This document shows positions 36,491 through 47,398 of a stretch of DNA of 64,000 bases, in pieces (position 1 is the stretch's first letter; every line of letters begins with the position of its first letter). The stretch is from Setoptus koraiensis. Lineage: Eukaryota; Animalia; Arthropoda. Below the pieces are notes generated by a model that worked only from the letters and a program-made list of their open reading frames with translations, was not told the origin of the DNA and ran no database searches. Location of the stretch: NCBI GenBank assembly GCA_048013815.1, contig CM106585.1, positions 186,001 to 250,000 of the forward strand, in the 5' to 3' direction. The translations under genes were made by a program, and so were the position numbers.

Positions 36491-38602
36491 ATGAATGATC
36501 ACGTGATGAACATTGTTGAAACTAATAACGTCTCAGACATTGCTTCACCGAGATCATCCTCTAAGCGTGTCGTAATAGCCGATATGAAAAAAGTTGACAA
36601 CGATGAAGAAAGGCAAGAGCAAATTAGGGGTGAAGCTTGGATATTCAGTGTGCCTGCGTGTGGGTACCTATTGTTAGAATATTGTAACTATTCGTGGATC
36701 CCCTTCTACTACAAAACGAACAAATACGGCAAAAATCAGCGAGTGATCACCGTAATTTATAAGCAGAATAAATTCAAATTTTTTCTCTGCTGCATCCAAG
36801 TGATCTTTCTATTCAGTTGTGTTTGTCAGTATGGCTACAATGGTTTTAACCTGAAACAATATTTTGATTATCAATACGATAGAAAAGAAAAACCTGAAGA
36901 TTCTACAGTGAACTCAATGAAAGAGTCCATTCTCTCTGTAATAGGAATAATGCTGACTTACGATCGTTTGAGTCCCATAGCTGATTATCGCAGAAGAATC
37001 AATGTGCTGATGTTCACATTTACTCTGAACTCTCTCATTCAAAGACTATACAGTCTCATGCGGCATCAGAAGCCTGAAATATCTAGACCAAAAATCATAA
37101 AAGACCTGAATTACGAGTTTGATGGCGAGGCTACATATAATATTTGTGAAATCGTCATACTCAATCTTCTGTCTTTCAAATTAACTCTCAGAGAATATTT
37201 TGTTCATTTTTTCTTAAATCGACCAATTCCTGAACATTTGAAAAAAGAATATCCTCCACTAAAAGAAATGTCACAACGAGATCTGATGGAATTCGACCTG
37301 ACAACAGTACGGAATAACAAGGCAGTATTTTGCACACCAAGAGTATTCACAAATCTTGTTCGAGCTGTCGTTATATGCATTCTAGTAGTGCTACTTGAAA
37401 CTCTCATTTGCGCACAAGTACTAATTCAATTGTTAGATATTTACCGATCAGAACAAGACACTAATCAAATCTCAAGTGACGCAAACCTCACCCAGTTTTT
37501 TTATCATTTGCCCTTGGTTTTAGTGCTCTTCTACAATATCTGTACATTTGCCGATTCTTTCGTGTTAATAATATTCTCCGTGATAATATCAGATAGGCTG
37601 TTCATATATAATTCACAATTGCTTCAATTTCATGATCAGCTCTGCAACAGGGCAAAAGAACTATCTTGTAGTCATTTGATGTTTCCGAGATTTGAATGTA
37701 ATGTGCTAAAAGCAACAAGGATAGAAAATTGGTTAACAAATTATCACAACCTACAGCTATTGTCACGAACACACTATCAGTCGGCTGAACATAACGATTT
37801 ATTTTCTCACTGTCGTGGGCCAAATTCATCACGGATGCAATCACAGCTATCATTCGATGAACAATGTGAACGATTAGTGACTGTTTTGCATCAGCTTTTG
37901 TATGATTTTAAAATCATGAAAGAACAATTCACCGATAGAACCGATCTAGATGTTCTCATATCATTGTGCTCATTTACTTGGGTTTTAAGCACATGGATCG
38001 TGGCATATAATTGTAAGACATGCGTTGCTAAATGGCCTCTCCTGCTATTTGTATTCATGGGCTATTCTTACTTGTTGAATGTCGTCAATCAAATGTTCTT
38101 CTTGGCTAGTTTGTCCCAGAAGGTAGGCTTTCTTTAAACGGCACATTGATCGTGCTATCAGACTTTGATTATCCATTGTTTCCGAAACTAAAAATCTCTG
38201 TCCCTCTCTGAATCTCGGAACATCAACTCAATCCAACCAAATCATTTAGTTCAAACAAATCAATCGAAATTTATTGCTTCTAGTGGTTCAGCAGCGCGAA
38301 TTGAATTCACGGAGTCGTTTTCGGATATTGGAGACCTCTAAGCACCTTCAATCTGGAACAGAGACACTGTTTGTTTTATTTCGGACAGTTTCCGTTAATA
38401 AGGAAAATTTTCTCAAGGTGAGTTTGTGGTGGATAAGGATTCAAGTCGAACATAGAAGATTCGTTATGTGTCTCCTCAGTTCAGATTTCAACTCATATTT
38501 ATTCTTGCTCGTTTTTATCTTATTCTTCATCAGCTTTTTGTATGGATAACGACGGCAGTGTATACATTTTTGCAATTTTCCACCGCCATCGACATGCAGT
38601 AA
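36491..38602 (+). CDS. gustatory-receptor-like (7TM chemosensory family) membrane protein, 3 exons, ~622 aa
   Basis: Exons 36491-38122, 38250-38417 and 38534-38602, joined by two phase-0 GT-AG introns (AAG|GTAGGC...TTTAG|, AAG|GTGAGT...TCATCAG|). There are several hydrophobic segments. The spliced C-terminus FVLFRTVSVNKENFLK|LFVWITTAVYTFLQFS resembles the GR TM7 motif (F.vd..ll.i...tty..il.QF), and phase-0 3' introns are typical of arthropod GRs. Confidence 0.7.
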
Positions 38603-38609
38603 AATAGCT

Positions 38610-38893
38610 AATTAGAAATAATTAATAATATTAACAAATTAATAACAAATTAAATAATTAGAAATTAATTAGAAATTAATAACAAATTAATAACAAATTA
38701 AATAACAAGAAATTAATAACAAATTGAATGATTAGAAATTAATAACAAATTAAGTAATCAGAAATTGATAACAAATTGAATAATTAGAAATCAATAACAA
38801 ATTGAATAATTAGAAAATAATAACAAATTAAGTAATCAGAAATTGATAACAAATTGAATGATTAGAAATCAATAACAAATTAAATAATCAGAA
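38610..38893. repeat. AT-rich 26-bp minisatellite with 78-bp higher-order structure
   Basis: Seven regular 26-mers at 38709-38890 (consensus GAAATTRATAACAAATTRARTRATYA). Units 38735-38812 are nearly repeated by 38813-38890. Degenerate units lie upstream. Confidence 0.9.
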
Positions 38894-40367
38894 CGGCATT
38901 GGGATATGAGCCAACTGCTTCCGGACCCGGAATGCTTTCACATCGCCTCTGTCAGGACAGTTGACAAGAAAAGGATTAACCTATGGTACCCTCCAGAGTT
39001 CACTTGAAGACATCTACGTTTCCGAAACAAACTATCCGTCTTCAGCTATAACGAGAGAAATGGAAACTTTTCAGATAGATGAGAATAGATTGCAATCCAG
39101 CATAAGACAAACAGAACTGACCAAGCTAAGAGTTCAGGATTCAATTGAAGCGATCAGCTCAAGTTCTTCGGTGGTCATTAGCTTGCGTATCAAAACATTG
39201 GCAACACCGAAAAAAAATAACTTGCAAAGAATAAATGTTATACCAGTTTTGAGTCACTCAGATTAATCGTGTTTTCCTCGCGATTTCTCTCCATTGTTCC
39301 GTAATTCCAGTGGAGAAAGTTTGTCACTTTGGTGGTTAAAATTTAATGCTAGAATCAGAAGGGACAGGCGCTGCGCAAACAACGTCATGAATGGTCTATC
39401 TAATTTTGCCAGAAAGCAGCGATAGCGATTCCTGCGATTCTACATAGCGAGCAGAAAATGTATGTGTTTCCGGCGCGATCTGTTGGCTTGTCAACACCAG
39501 AGGCATCCGAATAGTTCTCGGTGTGCATACTGGAATTTGTTGAATCTGAATTTCTTGACCTATTTGCCTCGTTTCAGAGCTGTCTACATAGTGTTTTGCC
39601 TCTACTATTTCGAGATCTGGTAGATCTAGCGCAAGTCAAGATCACAATCAACCAGCAGTTGTAGATAGTTACCAGTAAACGGTAATTGATAACTGCCACT
39701 GTCTGTCGAGTCATCATTATCATTCGCGTTTTAAAAAATGACTGTACAAATCCAAACCAATTTCAAGGCACAGGCAAAATGTTTTTTGCCGAAATGCAAG
39801 CAAGCTACATCTAGACATAAAATGGTCCCTTTAAATAGTCGCCAATTGTAGCAATCTGATATCTTTTCCAGACTCTCATAATTTTGTACAAGCTAAAGCA
39901 ACAGATTGTGATTAACGTTATTTGAAGTCGCCAATAGATTTCGCCGCGTAATCTTAATTAGTTTTTCTCTCTTTGGGTGTCGATAAGGCATCTACTAAAA
40001 AACTACCAAGCAATTTGAGACGTAAAATGGTTTGAAAGAGAGCAACGACTTGCAAACGTGCAGTGCACGTGACAACATTGGGAGAGAGAGTAGAGAAAAT
40101 CGTCTGCGTTGCATTATTATTGCCTAACGCCTGGAAAAACGACAGAAAGAGTGAAATCAGCGTGGATAGCCCAGTGATAGAGCTTTTCATTATATGGAGA
40201 AGGCCCTCTAGATCACCAAAACGAGTAGATGGCGGAGTGAAGAGCAAAATGGAAAATAAATTGTATTCCTAGGATGCTTCTCTGAGTATCCAAATGCTGG
40301 TCGGGCCAACAAAATCTATTTTTTTCCTACTATAAACAATTAAGAGAACTATTTGTATGTGGCTCTA

Positions 40368-41298
40368 TTATAGAACATAATCAATTTGATTTGTATTTTT
40401 CCCGATTATACCGTTAATCCAATCGATAGAGGCTGACACTTTGATGAATATATTATGTTTTTGTCCACATTTCTTCCCACTTCTCACCGCCACTAATGAC
40501 ACCAGTAATGACCCATTGTCCAGTGTTGCTGCGAACAGTAGCGGGTCCACCTGAGTCACCGAAACTAACCGCGGATTGCAATCCATAATTATTATGTTTA
40601 GCAGCGCATATCGCTAGAGACTCAATTTTATTTTTATCGATTCGACTATAGTTGCTTCTCGAAAAACATTTGCGAGTATCTTCAACAGGTAGATCAGAAG
40701 TTCGTATCATGCGAGTAATACCGTGTTCATATTCGGTCGCTCCACGACCAGCAATCGTCAACTGGGTTCCAATTTTCAGCGGGGCCTCATTTCGGTCAGG
40801 CAAACAAATAGGCCTGACAAATGAATTCCATTCTAGTGACTCGTCCAGTTTCACCAAACCTATATCATTGTTGAATATAACATGACCATCGGCAGGAGGA
40901 ATATAGTCCGTATGCATGAATATCTCGGCTATATTTCTCCGTTGTCGCGTATACCCGAGATCTCCTGCGGGAGATCTCCTACTTCAACTTGTCCATCAGA
41001 CGCATATCTAGGTACACAATTAGCAGTGGTCAGTATAAATTATATAAGAAGTATGTTTGTCAATTATATAACCGCCGCAAAGCGAATCATGAAAGATAGT
41101 AGTCAGCCAGGGAAATCCGCTCGATTGCGGTTCTCTGCCGTTCCAAATTCTAAGCCAACTGCCACTATTATGAGTTATTCATTAAGTTATGATATTAAGT
41201 TCCCTAGCATATTCCGTCTGTTGTTGGTTGCCAGTTCCTTCTGGACAGCCCGAGACCAAGATCAAGCAGTAGGTTGCAATGATTGTCGCTAGTAGCAT
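40368..41298 (-). pseudogene. disabled trypsin-like (S1A) serine protease
   Basis: Signal-peptide-like start MLLATIIATYCLILVSG, in-frame TAA TGA, then RIWNG...FPWLTTIF..LCGGYII. A frameshift leads to ILTTANC (His replaced by Asn), followed by a stop/frameshift, then DIGLVKL...VRPICLP...GDSGGP...VITGVIS. A further frameshift leads to CGQKHNIFIKVSASIDWI. That is at least three frameshifts plus stops. Confidence 0.8.
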
Positions 41299-41540
41299 CC
41301 GTTACAATTTTTATTATCATTATTATTAGTTGCTCTTACAATAGGCGATATCTAGCTGATTGGTAGAAAATTCAATTCTGCCTCGCGCAAACGATCAACT
41401 TCATATCTAAAAAACTACACGTATATCTTGTCTGATATGAATCACCGCCACTATCAGCACGCAACAAAAAACCAAGATGATGATTGGCAAATTTGCTGCA
41501 AATCACCGATTTGCAGCAATCCGATATGGCTGCCAGTTCA

Positions 41541-42065
41541 CTAGCTTATCGAATGAGCCATGTTGGTTTTGCCGCTGATAAAATAAAATTTGCTCCGCTT
41601 GATGGGTATATAAAGAGATGCAAAAATCTGAACAAGTGATAGACCACCAGATAGGACCAAACACTGCACATGTTTGATCCATTCTAGTGGCCTATCGAAT
41701 TCTCGGCCAGGATTCCAGCCGTATGAGCACAAGGCACTCAACCTTCACAATTAATGCCAGTTTCGGATGTGTGAGCATATGTTTTGGTGATTCTTCCATG
41801 CATAATTGATGTTTCATCTTGGATAATTGATGCTCTCATTATGGATCTCGACGTCAGTGGTCTCTGCGGATCGTAAAATATGGTAGCTAACCAAGGAAAT
41901 TCTGCCTTCTGTTCGTCATTGATTCCGGCATCACCTAAAAATTGGAAGTTATCGACACCTAGCAATCGGAGGTTGCCGACGTCGAAGGAAATCCTTGTTT
42001 TCTGTCCACCATTGATAGAAGAACTTCATCTATGCCACATTCGACGGATTTGTCAAGTCCCCTGA
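41541..42065 (-). pseudogene. possible second, more degenerate serine-protease-like fragment
   Basis: Minus-strand pieces VECGI... and RLLG...KAEFPWLATIFY resemble the zymogen/activation region of S1A proteases and parallel FPWLTTIF in the adjacent copy. No catalytic motifs are recognisable downstream. Confidence 0.35.
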
Positions 42066-45000
42066 CAATTGTAAGGTTTGTTCCGTGTCGTGCTTTCACT
42101 ATGTTGATAGTTTACCATAAGCTCGTTCAGATTCCATACACTGGACAGCTCATTTGAGCCACTCTCCACACCAGTACAAACTTACTTCACGTTTCTCGGC
42201 CAGAAGAACTGATCATTGTATGAATCATGTGCCTTGATATTAGTTTTGACTGGTTGATCGAGGGGCTCAAATTATGATAAACGTACCAACGTAACGTCAG
42301 CTCGACGATCGAGGCTGGAATGAATAAAAATTTCAGAATAAAATTGCAAGTGATAATTCAGACCCTTAAAACGATTGCAACAATCTGGATCAAAAATCCA
42401 CATGCTCGCCATTTAACTCATCATAAAACAAGCCAGCCAGTTTATCGTGAATCTATCTATTGCAACTTGATATGGCCATATCATTTATGTAGTCACTTTG
42501 AAAGTTAATTTTGACTAGACTCTGCGTAGATCTCCATTCTGGAGCGAAGTATAGCCATAATTCAGTCGATTAGCTTTCTAGCTCATCTACAGTTGCCACT
42601 CGGAGTTTGCTAAAATTTGATGACGCGTGCAAGTAAGGGTATAAGATCTGCATCATGAGGCAAGTTCCGTCTCCAACATGCCAACATCTCATCGGCGGAA
42701 AGCTCCTCCTCTCAATCGATTTTCCGAATATCGTTGACCGTTTCATTGATTTTTTTCCGCTACTTGATCACCGTTTCATCATTTTCTCATCAAAACGGAA
42801 CCGGAAATCGCACTCGAAAAAATTGTTCGAGACACTTGTGGATTATCCACCAAAACAGTGAAATGAGTATGAAGGCAAATAATGAATGAGCATAGGACAG
42901 TTTCAAGATGAGTCGGTGTGAACAGAAGCCTATCAGAACCTAATAATAATGACAATCTGTAAAATGTGAAACGCAGAGGATTGAAAAACAGAAAAAAAAA
43001 GCTCGTTTTCGTCAGCCGAAACAGCCAAAATCTGTCCAATGCAACCACACGATTGGTATTCCTGGATCGAATCAACAGTTTTCGTAGGTTCGTTGCTATT
43101 ATGTGACCTGATGATCGTAGTTGCGGAGAATATCCTGAAAGCTCTTGAAAGGCACTTTGGTTGCTTGTTTGCAAACGAGTCAGTAAAACAGTTTAGGCTG
43201 AATGTGGAACTTTGCAGGAACTTTCCATTCCATTGCAACGAGAAATTGTGCCTGGCTAAGAACTTTGTTTGCTCCGAGAAAAAGAATATATAGCCAGTAG
43301 TGAGATCCAGATGGAAGCCAATAGGTGCCCAATTATGCACGGCCTCTCAAGAGGGAGAGCAGCTGATTCGAAAGTGAAGATTCTTTGTGTGTTGCTCAAT
43401 TAATGTTCATGGTAACTCTCAATATCATTATGATCATGACACAGTATAAAAAGCGCTGATAGTGCCAACTCTTGAGCAACAGTCTGATGTTTGCGGATTG
43501 GTTTATCTGCGTCAGATGTTAGCGTTGTTGTGTTCTGGTTATTAGTATCACTATTTTGTATAGTCAGAATTGTTATAATCACACACATGGGTTGTTATAA
43601 TGGTTTGTTTGTGGACATGATGAAGAAAGAGCATCAAATGATGAGTTCTATTAGACGGTGTGCTGATGAATAGCTGATGAAAATGATTATTTGAAACTGA
43701 AATCACTTTGAAACGAATGAGTTTGCATCGTCGGTTCACTAAGTGAGTGTGTGGTGAACCGAATCTCGGATTTAGATGTGGTCATTGAACTGGCCATCAG
43801 CGGCCAATGAATGGTCCGTTCAACTATCATCACCTGGCGGTGGTCATTATTAAATACCGGCCGAGCGGTTACATTTGATTATCGTCGTCATTGGTCAGCA
43901 TTGTGTGTGTGTGTGTTTCTGTGCGCACTGTATTGGCACGTACCATTTGCAGCTAGTGAATTTGTTGTTGTATTACAGTTGTTGTAGAGGCATTGTGTGT
44001 TTTAGTTGGCTTCCATTCTCTTGAAATGTCCAAAAAAGAATTGCATGTTTATTCCGAGGCATACACACACTTTTACGCAGCGTGCATCTCTTATCGCGCG
44101 ATAACTTGCGCGAACAACCAATCGCATCGGAAAAGATGCAAGAATAATTCTTTGACGGTCGCATCGCGTACAACGGCCTCGCACACAAATCGTCCAAGTT
44201 CAATATTAGCATCTCCGCTGTTTGTTTGTTCGCGCTGCCCACCGACCGACAATCGATGCACCAATCAAAAAGTGCATTCTATATCTATTCCAGAGGCTTT
44301 TCCAATCGGATTTCGCCTCGAAACAGGAAGCACACCGACGGGTCCAAGACTGAAATGAAGATGTAAACTTTCTCCCGTGCCGCAAATTGTACGCGCATGT
44401 CGCGAACAACGTCGAGCATGCGACATATGACTACTGAGCGGGCATTCTTCGAAGCGACGATTCTCTGTGAAAGCGGGCTGCCTCTGTTGCAAGTTCATTC
44501 ACTCTTGCTGGTGATGGTGAATTCGCGCATTGAATTCGCACTGTCGCAATTCGAATTGGGAAAATTCGAAAGTAGAGAGAGTTGAAAGAGTTTCCTTTTT
44601 GAAGCCAATGAGTTCGCTCCTGTGAGTTGGTGTGTGTGTGTGTGTGTGTGTGTGCGTTCTTTCAAAAGTGTTATGCCCGTGCTTGCTGTGTTGCCCCTGT
44701 CGAACTCGCGAACAGCAGCAGCCGCATCACATATGGCGCTCGTCAGCGTTCTCTGACCATCGGCATGCTTTCCCATCCTTGTGGCAGTGTTCGAAACAAC
44801 AACGTGAGTACGGTTATGAGGCGTTCGCAGTTGATGGTTGCAGTGATAGGGCAGCGGCAGCAGCAGCGGTGTTGATCTTATTTCGCATTTGCATCAACGT
44901 TGCAGGGAAGGGCATCGCAATCAGTTTGCATTTGCTGCAGCGAACAGTGACGTTCTTTCTGTGTTTAGTCTGATTAAGCATCGTGTTTGTGCAACGTATA

Positions 45001-47398
45001 TATCACCACGACAGCAGCAAGCAGCGCAAGAGTTGTAACAGCGCAATCTCCGTCAAGCCAACACACCAAGTATATCCACTAGCGTATGCTATTGTACCTA
45101 GCGACAACAGCCATCACAGCTGATTTAAATGTGCCCAAATTGGCCTGCATGACCCAATTGACTGGATACAGTGCTCTTGATCGCCCAACTAGCATTTATA
45201 GTGATTGATAATTAATTAATCGGTTCAGCCGACAAGACAACAGACAGATAATAGAGATAACAGATAGATAATAGACGCTGACTCAAGCTACTAGCACAGT
45301 GTTTGTGTTAGCAACGAACAGCTCATAGGAAGAAGCAAAGAACTGCAAGGAAAAAAGAAAAATAAGCCCCAAAACCAGAAATCGCCGATAGTAGGTAGCT
45401 AGCATTTTATCATATTTGTATATTTGGAGCCCCGAACAGACACATTGGTCAGTTTAGCCATTCGACGAGGAATTTTCGCACCAAATATCCGGACGAGATT
45501 GTGTCGAAGCGAGATCGTTCTCGCCAAAGGTGAGTCGAACGACGTGCGTTAGTTGGCCCGCCATCCGCCAGTCGCCCGGCCATCCGCTAGTGGCAGCGAA
45601 ACAGTGGTGTCGTAGAGAATGAGTGATGAGAGAACAAAGAGGGGTCACTTTTACTTTTTGTGTGTGTGTTCGATAGTCGCCATTAGTGGCCAATAGTGGC
45701 CCATGGCAGTGCGTGTCGGAGAATCGACAACTTGCATGAGAATTAATCACGCACAACAAGATTTCTTCTCCATGGCAACCGAACACGACACAACAGCAGT
45801 GTGTGGTGACATAACATTGTGGATTGTGTAACGCTGTCCAGTGAACCGGCACAATGAGAAACAACATGACAGAGGCCAGCGCACCAGCAAAAAGCCACGC
45901 AACCAAACCTGCCGCTTGTTCTGGTCGCTGCAGTGATTGTGTGTCCATGATAAATCACAGGGCCGCCATATGGCGAAGCGGCCGAGAAAATGTTGCGACC
46001 AGCCGACCAACGGTACAGTGAAACATTTTTTGTGCTGCCATTTCTTGATTGCTATCGCCACCATCAAGCCCAATATTTTCTGTCATTATATTTTCTGCCG
46101 TTTGCATCTGTTCTCCGGGCCGCTACAGTTGCCGCAATTGGATGTTGCGCGAATCGCGACAAGCTGTCGTTACTTTCTACTGGCAGCGTGACACTGTGAG
46201 ATGGGGGCCTCATTCGATTACCGATAATCGGAACGGGGTGCCAATTGTTGGCGCCATTTATTCAAATTTTTTCCCTCTTGTTTCCATCAGCAACTGTCAC
46301 AAGTTAGTTGGTATGCGCTAGAGATTTTTCCAGTGCGTCACCTGTAGTGGACAGGTGACTTATAAGTCTACACCTAACTCCAATATTAGGTGTAGACTTA
46401 TGTGAGCTGGCTCAAACAGCGACACGAATAGTGGGTCAGAAAACTTTACTTTTACTTTTGATGACGCAAGAGAGCGCCCAGAGAAAGCCCAGAGGAGAAT
46501 TGTTTAATTCTTTGTCAGCTCATCGATAGCGAACAAAATCAATATCAAGCTGCGCACGGCCACGTGCTTATCACGCCAACGCCCCTCAGCCGACAGGTAG
46601 CACGCACAAATGTCTCTCAAGTTGTGAGTCACAAGACTGTCAGTTTGAAGTGTTCTTCTCGAGCTCGAAATCGACGCGATTTCGGTTCACTTAACGCTTA
46701 AGTATGGTTTTTCTTGTTTTTCTGTGTGCCATCTTGTACGCAAGTTTAAATATTTGTACGACGCCAACATAGAAATTTGATTTTTTTGAAACTGCCAGAG
46801 ATCGGGGCCCGATCACTGGAAACTGCTATCGCTGTATAGAGCATTCGTTGTAACGTCGTTGTAAGAGTGAGTGGTTTGAACCAAACCACCAATCACACCT
46901 GATGATCCTAATAGCTGGATAATCATCTGAAGATAATATCTGAAGACAACCTGTTGATGTTTGTTTTGCTATCTGAATGGGCGACCTCTGGTGCAACATC
47001 TTCACAGCTATGTTATCGATTATTTTTGTCATGTGACATTCGACAATCACATGCCCATCACACTGTCCAACTGATAGATCTAACCACGACGATCGATTAG
47101 AGTCTAGACTGGAGTGCTCCAGTCTAGTCTCTAATTGATCTAGTCAGAGGGTCACAAATTTGAAGTACTACTTGTAATTTGTAGTGCGTCTTGTAACTTC
47201 TGATGTTATGACGAGCCGACAAGAAAACAGTGATCAAAAAAGTATAAATTGGATGTAATTAGACTAGTATTGTCGACAGTCCAGACCTTTTATCTAGTTA
47301 ATCACATGTATAGTACGAGTCACTACTGAACCTAGTCACAATCATTAACTCATCACAATCGTAATATCATCAAGCACACATCAAACAAGTAGTGAAAC

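Noticed and set aside
19854-38890. 17-, 18- and 26-bp tandem arrays as CRISPR-like
   Set aside because: The units are contiguous with no unique spacers and there are no cas genes.
45454-45948. 164-aa Cys-rich minus-strand ORF with a hydrophobic N-terminal segment
   Set aside because: No family motif or splice evidence. Overlapping ORFs of similar length in other frames suggest chance.
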